Source of the DNA: an uncultured Clostridium sp.
Lineage (GTDB): Bacteria; Bacillota; Clostridia; Christensenellales; CAG-138
DNA length: 64,000 nt
NCBI GenBank assembly: GCA_964392455.1
Contig: CAYMPG010000001.1
Location: forward strand, 8,050-72,049
Direction of reading: 5' to 3'
The position numbers and the translations under genes were made by a program. Position 1 is the stretch's first letter. Each line of letters begins with the position of its first letter. Shown piece after piece: positions 10,017 to 18,641 of the stretch. The notes under the pieces are model-generated. The model did no database searches, had not been told where the DNA came from, and saw nothing but the letters and a program-made list of their open reading frames with translations.

Positions 10017-11225
10017 TTACTTTGCGAAGCTCTCTGCAAGGGAGATAATAACATCCACCATCTTTTCAAGGCTGCTTACAGGTATCCATTCCCGTACACC
10101 GTGGAAATTGTATCCGCCGGTGGCAATATTGGGGCAGGGAAGCCCATCCCATGAAAGGCGGGCGCCATCTGTGCCGCCGCGGATGGGTATTATCCTTGGG
10201 GCAACTCCGTTTGCACGGAATGCTTCCTCAGCCCGGGAGATAAGGTGCATATGGGGCAGCAGCTTTTCTTTCATGTTGTAATAGCTGTCTCGAATTATGG
10301 CGGTGGCCGTGCCGGGTCCATAGCGGCGGTTTATTTCCTCTGCGGCGGCCTTAAGCTGCTCCTTGCGGCGCTCAAAGGCGGCCATATCATGATCGCGTAT
10401 CAGGTAGTGAAGGTCTGTTTCCACAGCGCTGCCGGATATGGTGTGCAGATGGAAGAAGCCCTCGTAGCCCTCTGTCTTTTCGCATACCTCGTCAGGGGGC
10501 AGCAGGGCGTTAAGCTCCATGGCAACGGTGATGGCATTTACCATCACGCCCTTTGCGTGGCCGGGGTGAACGCCTATGCCCTTTACTGATACCACGGCAT
10601 TGGCTGCATTAAAGTTTTCGTATTCTATTTCGCCTATGGGGCCACCATCCACAGTGTAGGCAAATTCGCAGCCCAGTTCCTCCACATTCAGCCCGTCCGT
10701 ACCGGCGCCTATTTCCTCATCGGTGGTGAATACTGCACGTATCTCGCCATGGGGTTTGTGGCTGGATGCCATTTTTTCCAGTGCGGCCATTATTTCGGCT
10801 ATGCCCGCCTTGTCGTCGGCACCGAGAAGGGTGCTGCCGTCGGTTACGATTATCTCCTTGCCCACATATTCCTCAAGGCCGGGGCAGAGGGCCTCATTAA
10901 GGGATACGGTATCTGAAAGCTTCAGCTCGCCACCCTGGTAGGTGATGATAGAGGGGTTGATACCATTGCCCGGAGCATCGGGAGAAGTATCCATGTGGGC
11001 AATGAGGCCTATCACGGGAATGGGGGCGCTTGTATTGGCCGCAAGGGTGCCTGTTACGTTGCCACAGTCATCCATATGAATGTCCTTAAGGCCGATGGCC
11101 TCCATCTCCTCCATGAGAACCTTGCCCAGCAGCTTCTGGCTCTGGGTGGAGGGGGAGGTGTCAGAATCAAATGCAGATGAGGTATCGTAGGATACGTATT
11201 TCAGGAAGCGTTGGGTGGCAGTCAT
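10017..11225 (-). CDS. pepT: Peptidase T (tripeptide aminopeptidase, M20B)
   Basis: MTATQRFLKYVSYDTSS N-terminus, with HMDT, DDKAG and EEIG motifs. ORF 10017..11390 trimmed to ATG 11225. Confidence 0.9.
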   Translation of the reverse strand: MTATQRFLKYVSYDTSSAFDSDTSPSTQSQKLLGKVLMEEMEAIGLKDIHMDDCGNVTGTLAANTSAPIPVIGLIAHMDTSPDAPGNGINPSIITYQGGELKLSDTVSLNEALCPGLEEYVGKEIIVTDGSTLLGADDKAGIAEIMAALEKMASSHKPHGEIRAVFTTDEEIGAGTDGLNVEELGCEFAYTVDGGPIGEIEYENFNAANAVVSVKGIGVHPGHAKGVMVNAITVAMELNALLPPDEVCEKTEGYEGFFHLHTISGSAVETDLHYLIRDHDMAAFERRKEQLKAAAEEINRRYGPGTATAIIRDSYYNMKEKLLPHMHLISRAEEAFRANGVAPRIIPIRGGTDGARLSWDGLPCPNIATGGYNFHGVREWIPVSSLEKMVDVIISLAESFAK

Positions 11226-11535
11226 ATTGCTCTCCTTTTTTTCTGAGGATGGACAGGCGGCATTTATGCCGCACCGCACATGCTGATGGTACAATCTTTT
11301 TGCATAAAAGTCAATCGCCGAGGGAAAGGCAAATAAGGAAGGTTTATATATAATATCTGATATTTGCAGGAACGTGCAGCCTGAGAACACTGGCTGGAAG
11401 TGAAAAGGTGACGAGCATAAATATGCACAGAATCATGCATGAATAATCACAGATAAATTTAGGAATTTTACCTGCCGTCCGCTACATAGCCCATGGGGCA
11501 GGGACAGGAGCGAAATAAAAATTTTGAGAAAAGTG

Positions 11536-11564
11536 TTGACACGGGCGGGATTTGGTAGTAAAGT
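11536..11564 (+). promoter_or_regulatory. Sigma-A-type promoter for the leader and ABC operon
   Basis: TTGACA, 17-nt spacer, TAAAGT. Confidence 0.55.
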
Positions 11565-11596
11565 ATCCCCAGCGATAAAGAAAGGAGACAGCAGCG

Positions 11597-11686
11597 ATGA
11601 TGAACACCCGCTTTGTATTTGCAGGCTACATTTACTTTTACTTTTATGCAAATAAAGTAGGGGTTTTGAGTGCTGCACAAAAATAA
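11597..11686 (+). CDS. Candidate leader peptide MMNTRFVFAGYIYFYFYANKVGVLSAAQK (4 Phe and 4 Tyr within 12 residues)
   Basis: AAAGGAG RBS 9 nt upstream of ATG-ATG. Stop codon lies 25 nt upstream of a strong terminator hairpin. Below the length cutoff of the ORF track. Confidence 0.45.
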   Translation: MMNTRFVFAGYIYFYFYANKVGVLSAAQK

Positions 11687-11711
11687 AAAAGGCCACTCCA
11701 AGGAGTTACCT

Positions 11712-11756
11712 AAGGGCTGCACGAAAGACCTCGTGCAGCCCTTTATATATTATTTT
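11712..11756 (+). terminator. Intrinsic terminator/attenuator in the 5' leader of the ABC operon
   Basis: AAGGGCTGCACGA-AAGACC-TCGTGCAGCCCTT (13 bp) followed by TATATATTATTTT. Located 24 nt upstream of the SBP start codon. Confidence 0.7.
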
Positions 11757-11779
11757 AAGTTTTTCAGGAGGAAATCACA

Positions 11780-12730
11780 ATGAAAAAGGTTATTGCAATC
11801 ATGATGATGGCAGCCATGCTGCTGGGTATGTGCGGCTGTGCCGCAGAGAGCGAAAGTTATACCGTGGGCATATGTCAGCTTGTGCAGCACACTGCGCTGG
11901 ATGCTGCCACGCAGGGCTTCAAGGATGTGCTTACAGAGCAGCTTGGGGACAGCGTGGTCATAGAGGAGGCGAATGCCTCAAATGATATTCCCACCTGCGC
12001 TACCATCTGCAACGGCTTCGTAGCATCTGATGTGGATTTGATAATGGCAAACGCCACCCCCGCCCTTCAGGCCGCCGTTGCCGCTACAAACAGCATACCG
12101 GTGCTGGGCACCTCGGTTACAGAATACGGTGTTGCCCTGGGCATAGATGATTTCACCGGCGTGGTGGGCACCAATGTATCCGGCACCTCAGACCTTGCCC
12201 CGCTGGATCAGCAGGCTGCAATGATTACAGAGCTGCTGCCCGATGCAAAGACCGTGGGCATACTGTACTGCTCCGCCGAGGCAAATTCAGTATACCAGGC
12301 GGATGTGGTAAAGGGCTGCCTTGAGGCTGAGGGCATTACGGTAAACGTATACACCTTCGCAGATTCCAATGATATTGCCGCTGTTACCACCAGCGCCTGC
12401 TCCGAGTGCGATGCCCTGTACATTCCCACTGACAACACGGCTGCATCCTGCGCCGAGTCTATAAACGCAGTGGCGCTGCCCGCAGGCGTACCCATCATTG
12501 CAGGCGAGGAGGGCATCTGCACCGGATGCGGCGTGGCAACCCTCAGCATCGATTACTATCAGCTTGGCCGTGCCACCGGCGAGATGGCCGTAAAGGTGCT
12601 TAAGGGCGAGGCTGATATATCACAGCTTGAAATCGGCTACGCACCCCAGCCCACCAAGAAGTACAATGCGGATATAGCTTCTCAGCTTGGCATAGAGATT
12701 CCCGAGGGTTACACCGCCATAGGCGAATAA
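11780..12730 (+). CDS. ABC transporter substrate-binding lipoprotein (COG2984/PF04392 ABC_sub_bind type)
   Basis: Lipobox LLGMCGC. Motifs VGICQLVQHTALD and TVGILYCSAEANS are typical of this family. Confidence 0.8.
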   Translation: MKKVIAIMMMAAMLLGMCGCAAESESYTVGICQLVQHTALDAATQGFKDVLTEQLGDSVVIEEANASNDIPTCATICNGFVASDVDLIMANATPALQAAVAATNSIPVLGTSVTEYGVALGIDDFTGVVGTNVSGTSDLAPLDQQAAMITELLPDAKTVGILYCSAEANSVYQADVVKGCLEAEGITVNVYTFADSNDIAAVTTSACSECDALYIPTDNTAASCAESINAVALPAGVPIIAGEEGICTGCGVATLSIDYYQLGRATGEMAVKVLKGEADISQLEIGYAPQPTKKYNADIASQLGIEIPEGYTAIGE

Positions 12731-12753
12731 CACACTAAGAAAAACACACAATA

Positions 12754-12784
12754 CCGCCCCGGCGTGCGGATTATTCCGGGGCGG
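12754..12784 (+). other. Intercistronic hairpin after the SBP gene
   Basis: CCGCCCCGG-13 nt-CCGGGGCGG with no U tract. Typical of stabiliser or partial-stop hairpins in ABC operons. Confidence 0.5.
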
Positions 12785-12807
12785 GGAGAGCATAGAGGAT
12801 ATTTACC

Positions 12808-13761
12808 ATGAATACGGCAATATGTCTGGCGCTGCCCAGCATAGGAAATCTTATATCACGTATGCCCGGCGGCATAGCTCAGGGCGTGCTCTGGGGAATA
12901 ATGGCCCTGGGCCTGTACATAACCTTCAGGCTGCTGGATATAGCAGACCTTACTGTGGATGGCTCCTTTGCCACAGGGGGCGCAGTGGCCGTAATGCTGA
13001 TACTGGCAGGATGGCCTGCCTGGGCGGCGGCTCTGGCCGCAATGGCGGCAGGAGCATTGGCTGGAATGTGCACAGGGCTATTGCATACCAGAATGGGCAT
13101 CCCCGCAATACTTTCAGGAATACTTACCCAGTTTGCCCTGTATTCCATAAACCTTCGCATAATGGGCATGGCGGCAAATAAATCTGCCAATCCCGATGCA
13201 TACCGGCTGCTGATAAGCATGAGGAGCATACCGGAGGCCATATTAAAGGGAATCATCATAGCGGCGGCGCTGGTGGCGGTAATGTACTGGTACTTTGGCA
13301 CTGAGCAGGGCTCCGCCATACGCTCCACAGGGTCAAATCCTGCAATGAGCAGGGCGCAGGGCATAAATACCGATAATATGAAGCTCATCGGCCTTGCCCT
13401 GTCAAATGGCATAGTGGCCTTTGCAGGGGCGCTTATGGCCCAATATCAGGGCTTTGCAGATGTAAACATGGGGCGTGGCTCCATAGTGATTGGCCTTGCC
13501 GCAATAATAATAGGCGAGGTGATATGCGATGGGCTGTTCAGCAAGGGGTGCAGCTTCTGGGTAAAGCTGAGCTTCGTGGCGCTGGGCGGCATAGTGTACT
13601 ACCTGGTAATGGTGGTGATACTCTGGCTCAAGCTGGATCCCAATGACCTTAAGCTGTTCACAGCGCTGATAGTTGCAGTATTTCTGGCGGTGCCAAATAT
13701 TCAGGCCCGGGCAAAGCATTCCTTCAGGGGTGCCGCCCGGCCGGGAGCAAAAGGAGAATGA
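12808..13761 (+). CDS. ABC transporter permease (BPD_transp_2 type, partner of the PF04392 SBP)
   Basis: 317 aa multi-TM protein in an operon with the SBP and ATPase. Confidence 0.85.
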   Translation: MNTAICLALPSIGNLISRMPGGIAQGVLWGIMALGLYITFRLLDIADLTVDGSFATGGAVAVMLILAGWPAWAAALAAMAAGALAGMCTGLLHTRMGIPAILSGILTQFALYSINLRIMGMAANKSANPDAYRLLISMRSIPEAILKGIIIAAALVAVMYWYFGTEQGSAIRSTGSNPAMSRAQGINTDNMKLIGLALSNGIVAFAGALMAQYQGFADVNMGRGSIVIGLAAIIIGEVICDGLFSKGCSFWVKLSFVALGGIVYYLVMVVILWLKLDPNDLKLFTALIVAVFLAVPNIQARAKHSFRGAARPGAKGE

Positions 13762-13765
13762 TACC

Positions 13766-14572
13766 ATGCTGATACTCAAGGATATATGTAAGACCTTCAA
13801 CCGGGGCACTATAAATGAAAAGGCTGCACTGTCATCATTGTCACTGCACCTTAAGCCGGGGGACTTTGTAACGGTAATAGGCGGAAATGGCGCAGGCAAA
13901 TCCACCATGCTGAATGCCGTTGCAGGGGTATGGCCTGTGGACAGCGGAAGCATCATAATAGATGGCGAGGATGTTACAAATCAGAGTGAGCACAGGCGGG
14001 CGGCCCATATAGGCAGGGTATTTCAGGACCCCATGATGGGCACTGCGCCAAATATGCAGATAGAGGAAAACCTTGCCCTTGCCCTCCGCAGAGGCCAGCG
14101 CCGCACCCTGCGCTGGGGCGTTACAGACAGGGAGCGGCAGGAATACAGAGAGCGACTCAGCAGCCTTGGCCTTGGCCTTGAGGACAGGATGACCGCAAAG
14201 GTGGGGCTGCTTTCAGGCGGCCAGCGTCAGGCTCTTACGCTGCTCATGGCATCGCTGCAAAAGCCAAAGCTGCTGCTGTTGGATGAGCACACCGCTGCGC
14301 TGGATCCTGCCACCGCCGCAAAGGTGCTGGCCCTGTCGGATGAGCTGATACAGCGGGATAACCTTACTGCCATGATGATAACCCATAATATGAAGGACGC
14401 CATAGAGCATGGCACCCGCCTGATAATGATGGACCAGGGCAGGATAATACTTGACGTGGAGGGCGAGGAAAAGAAACGCCTTACCAGGCAGGACCTTATG
14501 AATAAATTCGTAGAGCTTGCAGGCAGCTCCGTGGAATCAGACAGGATGCTCCTGTACAGGCACAGCGCATAG
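13766..14572 (+). CDS. ABC transporter ATP-binding protein
   Basis: Start moved to ATG 13766 (AAGGAG RBS). Walker A GGNGAGKST, signature LSGGQRQ, Walker B LLLLDEHTAALD. Confidence 0.9.
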   Translation: MLILKDICKTFNRGTINEKAALSSLSLHLKPGDFVTVIGGNGAGKSTMLNAVAGVWPVDSGSIIIDGEDVTNQSEHRRAAHIGRVFQDPMMGTAPNMQIEENLALALRRGQRRTLRWGVTDRERQEYRERLSSLGLGLEDRMTAKVGLLSGGQRQALTLLMASLQKPKLLLLDEHTAALDPATAAKVLALSDELIQRDNLTAMMITHNMKDAIEHGTRLIMMDQGRIILDVEGEEKKRLTRQDLMNKFVELAGSSVESDRMLLYRHSA

Positions 14573-14584
14573 CATTGCTAAGAT

Positions 14585-14611
14585 AAAAGCTCCCCAATAT
14601 GGGGAGCTTTT
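14585..14611. terminator. Bidirectional terminator
   Basis: AAAAGCTCCCCA-ATA-TGGGGAGCTTTT. Confidence 0.75.
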
Positions 14612-14633
14612 ATTTTATATGGTAATGGTACTG

Positions 14634-15554
14634 TTAGGAGAGCTTGCTGAATTCCACGGCGATGCGGGAAGCAACACGGGCGTTGTTATAGGCAAGCTCC
14701 AAATTGGAGGCAAAGGATACGCCGTCAGTCATGTCCTTAATGTGGGAAAGGAGGAAGGGGGTGGTGTCCTTACCACGGATGCCCTGCTCCTTGGCCAGCT
14801 TAAGGGCGTTGTTGATGACGGTTTCCATCTCGTCAAAATCCAGCTCGAACTCTTCGGGGATGGGGTTGGCAATAAGTGCGCCGCCTTCCAGGCCCAGATT
14901 CCACTTGGTCTTGAGGATGCGGGCAATCTCGTTGGCGTCCTTGGCGCTGTAGTCCACCTTGTAGCCGCTCTTACGGCAGTAGAAGGCGGGGAAATCCTCG
15001 GTATCAACGCCTATTACAGGCACGCCCATGGTCTCAAGGTATTCAAGGGTAAGGCCTATATCAAGCAGGGATTTTGCGCCTGCGCCGATAACTGCAACGG
15101 GGGTATGGGCCAGCTCCTGAAGGTCTGCGCTGATGTCCATGGTCTCGGTGGCGCCACGGTGTACGCCGCCTATGCCGCCGGTGGCGAAGATGGGGATGCC
15201 GGCCATTGCGGCTATCATCATGGTGGTGGCAACGGTGGTAGCGCCGGTCTTACCGGTGGCAAGATACACGGCCACGTCACGACGGCTTACCTTGCCTACG
15301 TTTTCCGCTTTGCACATGATATCCAGCTCATCGGAGGTAAGGCCCACCTTGAGCTTGCCGCCGATGATGGCGGTGGTGGCAGGTATGGCGCCCTCGCTGC
15401 GGACTATTTCTTCTACCTTATGGGCAAATTCCACGTTCTGAGGGAAGGGCATGCCGTGGCTGAGTATGGTGCTCTCAAGGGCAACCACAGGACGGCCCTG
15501 GTCGATGGCCTGCTGGATCTCGGGGGTAACGCTGAGATAGTCTTTCATAGTCAT
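14634..15554 (-). CDS. psuG: Pseudouridine-5'-phosphate glycosidase
   Basis: N-terminus ...VVALESTILSHGMPFPQN and a GGIGGVHRG motif. Confidence 0.9.
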   Translation of the reverse strand: MTMKDYLSVTPEIQQAIDQGRPVVALESTILSHGMPFPQNVEFAHKVEEIVRSEGAIPATTAIIGGKLKVGLTSDELDIMCKAENVGKVSRRDVAVYLATGKTGATTVATTMMIAAMAGIPIFATGGIGGVHRGATETMDISADLQELAHTPVAVIGAGAKSLLDIGLTLEYLETMGVPVIGVDTEDFPAFYCRKSGYKVDYSAKDANEIARILKTKWNLGLEGGALIANPIPEEFELDFDEMETVINNALKLAKEQGIRGKDTTPFLLSHIKDMTDGVSFASNLELAYNNARVASRIAVEFSKLS

Positions 15555-15559
15555 GGTAT

Positions 15560-16657
15560 TTATCCTCTTTCGGCAATAATTTTTTCTATTATTTCCACGC
15601 TCATGCGGGGATTAATAGTATTCTGGTCTGATATTGCTGCTATACCGGCAGCAAGGGCATAATCAAGGGTGGATGAGATATCCATATCCATAAGGTAGCC
15701 ATAGGCCACAGCTCCCATAAATGCATCTCCTGCACCGGAGGCATTTATCACATCATCCACAGGGCGCAGCCCACGGGATATTGTGCGGCCCTTTGCATCC
15801 ATATACAGGCAGCCATCCTGCCCAAGGGATACGAATATGCGCTGCACGCCTTTGTTTATAAGTATCTCGCAGGCCTTTATGGCTTCATTTTTGCTGCTTA
15901 CATCATGCTCGCTGAGAACTGCCAGCTCCATAAGATTGGGCTTGAGGGTGTGTATGCGCCCCACGTAGGGCCTTAGCCGTGCGGCGTAGGCAGAGGAGAC
16001 CGGGTCGCAAAACAGGGGGATGGAGCTGCCATATGTGAGGGTTATGCCGTCTATAACCTCCTCAGGCAGGGCAGGGTCGAATACTATCAGCTTTGCGCCC
16101 TTTATGACACCTTCACGGCGGCGGATAAACTCCATATTCATATTTTGAAGCACCGTCATATCAGACAGGGCAACGTACATTTCCCCGTGATCATCCAGCA
16201 TGGATATATATGACGAGGAGGAATGGTTTTCCACCACCATGCACTGGCTCATATCTATGCCGGCGGCAACGGAATCCTCACGTATCATGCGGCCGTATAC
16301 ATCGTTGCCAAGGGCTGAGATAAGGCGAACGCTGCCTCCCAGGCGGGCAAGGTTTTCGCAGATATTGCGGGTAACGCCGCCTGAGGATATGTTCATTTTG
16401 CCCGGGTTGCTGTCGTGCATTATTATGGGCTTCTTGCTGCGCCCGCAAATATCCACATTGGCAGCCCCTATGCCCACTGCATACGGGGAATCGTTTACAA
16501 GGTAAATGCGTCCGCCAATGTAGCCCTTCTTTTGCAGGTTTGATATATGCACTGCCACAGAGGGCCGGGCGATATTCAGCCGAGCGGCGATCGCGCTCTG
16601 CTCTATATCAGGCTGCTGCTTTATTATTTCCAGTATTTCCCGCTCACGATTGGTCAT
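15560..16657 (-). CDS. psuK: PfkB-family (pseudouridine) kinase with an N-terminal winged-HTH domain (YeiI/PsuK-like)
   Basis: HTH segment REREILEIIKQQPDIEQSAIAARLNIARPSVAVHISNLQKKGYI fused to a ribokinase fold (GAGDAF motif). Lies 5 nt upstream of psuG. Confidence 0.8.
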   Translation of the reverse strand: MTNREREILEIIKQQPDIEQSAIAARLNIARPSVAVHISNLQKKGYIGGRIYLVNDSPYAVGIGAANVDICGRSKKPIIMHDSNPGKMNISSGGVTRNICENLARLGGSVRLISALGNDVYGRMIREDSVAAGIDMSQCMVVENHSSSSYISMLDDHGEMYVALSDMTVLQNMNMEFIRRREGVIKGAKLIVFDPALPEEVIDGITLTYGSSIPLFCDPVSSAYAARLRPYVGRIHTLKPNLMELAVLSEHDVSSKNEAIKACEILINKGVQRIFVSLGQDGCLYMDAKGRTISRGLRPVDDVINASGAGDAFMGAVAYGYLMDMDISSTLDYALAAGIAAISDQNTINPRMSVEIIEKIIAERG

Positions 16658-16690
16658 ATTACGGCCATCCTTTGCAACAAATATTTATGA

Positions 16691-16708
16691 ACTAAATATA
16701 TGTTTAGT
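16691..16708. promoter_or_regulatory. Inverted repeat ACTAAA-N6-TTTAGT upstream of psuK (candidate operator)
   Basis: Perfect 6-bp arms, 34-51 nt upstream of the psuK start, in the divergent intergenic region. Confidence 0.3.
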
Positions 16709-16836
16709 ATAGTGTATGATATAGCCCCTGTCAATACCAATAAGGGGCGAAAGGTGGCTTTTTTTACAAAAACCATGTGCGGCGGCGGATATGTATGATA
16801 TGATAAAAAGCGAAGACAAAAAACAGGAGGCAGGCC

Positions 16837-17547
16837 TTGCGGGTACTGGATATTGACCTTGATTTTTTCCTTGCAGATTGTTGCCCGCTGGCTGAGCCGG
16901 GCCGGCGGCCCTGCCTTGAGGGGCATGAGCCATGGTCTGAGGAGCAGGTGATAGCCTTTCTTGAGGAAAACTGCCGCCTGTCTGCAAATGAGCCTGTGCC
17001 GGGCGCAGTATTTGATACCCATGATGGGGCCCTTTTATACTGGCGGGACAGGCTGAAGGATGGCACGCTTACTGCCCCCTTTCACGTTACCCATGTGGAT
17101 GCCCATAGCGACCTTGCCATAGGCAGACCCGGCCCCGGCTTTGTGCTGAACGGCGTGCTGCCAAGGCTGCTGGATAAAAGGGCGGATATAGAAGGATACT
17201 ATGAGCAGGGCCAGCTTGATGAGGCCAACTATCTGCTCTTTGCGCTGGCATTCAGATGGATAGCGGCGCTGGATAATGTACGCAATCCCAAATCCCGCCC
17301 TGATATACCAAGGGATATACTTGCCCCCGGCCGGGAGAACTGCATACAGCTTACCTCCTTTGCTGCAAGGCTGTTAGAGGAAGTGAATGGCAGGGAGCCG
17401 GAGGTGCCCTTTAACGTATATAATGACTACAGAAGCTTTTTGGCGGATATGCCCTATGATTATGTTACTCTGGCCATATCGCCAAGATATGCTCCTGCCG
17501 AGGCGGACAGGCTGGTGCCTGTAATAAGCCGCTACATAAAAATATGA
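16837..17547 (+). CDS. UPF0489-like conserved hypothetical protein
   Basis: TTG start. N-terminus RVLDIDLDFF and motif HVTHVDAHSDL resemble the UPF0489 (C5orf22-like) family. Confidence 0.5.
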   Translation: MRVLDIDLDFFLADCCPLAEPGRRPCLEGHEPWSEEQVIAFLEENCRLSANEPVPGAVFDTHDGALLYWRDRLKDGTLTAPFHVTHVDAHSDLAIGRPGPGFVLNGVLPRLLDKRADIEGYYEQGQLDEANYLLFALAFRWIAALDNVRNPKSRPDIPRDILAPGRENCIQLTSFAARLLEEVNGREPEVPFNVYNDYRSFLADMPYDYVTLAISPRYAPAEADRLVPVISRYIKI

Positions 17548-17622
17548 TAAACCGGCGGGCAATATCAAAAGGCCCGTATGCAAAGCTGAAGGTATTATTC
17601 CCACTATCTACCCGGAGGAAAT

Positions 17623-18204
17623 ATGGATATACAAGGTGTTTTGACCAGCATAAAGCAGCAGGATAAGGCTGCCTTTCGTGAGCTTGTAAAGGAATATGGC
17701 AAGGGGCTGTACATAAAGCTGTATGCAGCATCCGGCGATGCTGAGGCTGCCCGGCAGGCCACCAAGGCCGCATTTGCCGAGCTGTATATGGCGCTCAATT
17801 CCCAGCAGGGGCCGGATGTGCTGGAAAGCCTGCTGTATAGCCTTGGAGAGAAAAAGCAGAGGGAGCTTCTTCAGCGGCAGGCTGCAAGGCTCAGCTCAGA
17901 GTGCTTTGAGGAGACTGTAAAGCTCCCTGCATCGGAAAAGCCTGCCACGCTTAAGGCGGAGCCCGCCATGGAGGAGTATACGGAATACACACTCCCTCAG
18001 GCCAATGGGGATATACCTGTGGCCGTGCAGCAGGAGCCTGCTCATAGGGGCATGGACTTCTGGCAGTGGGTGTTGCTGCTGCTGGTGGCGGCAGGGCTGT
18101 GGTATGGAATAGGGATGCTCATGGGTGCAGGGCACCTTCCAAAGTATGATTTAGGCTATAGCTGGTTCAATCTGAATATTGCCCGGTGGTTTACCTGGCT
18201 GTGA
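17623..18204 (+). CDS. Hypothetical membrane-anchored protein
   Basis: GGAGG RBS. The N-terminal approx. 60 aa resemble the start of sigma-70 region 2. One C-terminal TM (FWQWVLLLLVAAGLWYGIGMLMG). Confidence 0.5.
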   Translation: MDIQGVLTSIKQQDKAAFRELVKEYGKGLYIKLYAASGDAEAARQATKAAFAELYMALNSQQGPDVLESLLYSLGEKKQRELLQRQAARLSSECFEETVKLPASEKPATLKAEPAMEEYTEYTLPQANGDIPVAVQQEPAHRGMDFWQWVLLLLVAAGLWYGIGMLMGAGHLPKYDLGYSWFNLNIARWFTWL

Positions 18205-18207
18205 TGA

Positions 18208-18246
18208 GGCATAAAAAAGAGCCGATATTCGGCTCTTTTTTATGCC
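18208..18246. terminator. Bidirectional terminator
   Basis: GGCATAAAAAAGAGCCGA-TAT-TCGGCTCTTTTTTATGCC. Confidence 0.75.
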
Positions 18247-18641
18247 TGTATGCTGTTGAATACTATTTCGTCGTAGCCCGTTTCATCATCCTGCTCTACG
18301 CCGTATTCCATGCCCTCAAGCAGGCCTATCACAAGCTCGCAGGTGGTGTTTATTATGCAGCCCTCCACCAGATGCCCGCCTATGGTGGTAAGGTCTTCTG
18401 CGGAGAAGGCAGCGTGAAGATGGCAGCGAGCGGCGCTTACTGTGCCATTCAGTGAGACTATCTCCAGGTGGCGGTCTATGTCCTGTATATTCACGCCGGA
18501 AGCATCCCTCAGCCTTGCATGGGATACGCAGCCCACGGCGGAAAGCACTACCCCGGCTGAGATGCTCTGCTCTACGCAGAGGTGCTTTATTTCCACAAGC
18601 AGATCCTGCCCACGGTGCAGCCGCTTACATATCGTTTTCAT
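18240..18641 (-). CDS. PPC/DUF296 domain protein
   Basis: 133 aa. The pattern ...EIVSLNGT....HLHAAFS...GGHL is typical of PPC-domain proteins. Overlaps the LysR gene by 17 nt. Confidence 0.65.
   Translation of the reverse strand: MKTICKRLHRGQDLLVEIKHLCVEQSISAGVVLSAVGCVSHARLRDASGVNIQDIDRHLEIVSLNGTVSAARCHLHAAFSAEDLTTIGGHLVEGCIINTTCELVIGLLEGMEYGVEQDDETGYDEIVFNSIQA

Noticed and set aside
11571-11779. T-box or known riboswitch in the ABC-operon leader
   Set aside because: I found no T-box consensus (AGGGTGGNACCGCG-like), specifier-loop architecture or riboswitch core I recognise. The region was kept instead as a leader-peptide attenuator candidate.
14517-15662. A 381-aa plus-strand ORF opposite psuG
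   Set aside because: It is an antisense shadow of a clearly recognisable PsuG gene, Gly/Ala-rich with no RBS. The same reasoning applies to 4476..5510, 7684..8727, 20842..21552, 29253..30077, 33106..33912, 36114..36803, 47461..48366, 59708..60421, 60219..60956 and 62034..62861.
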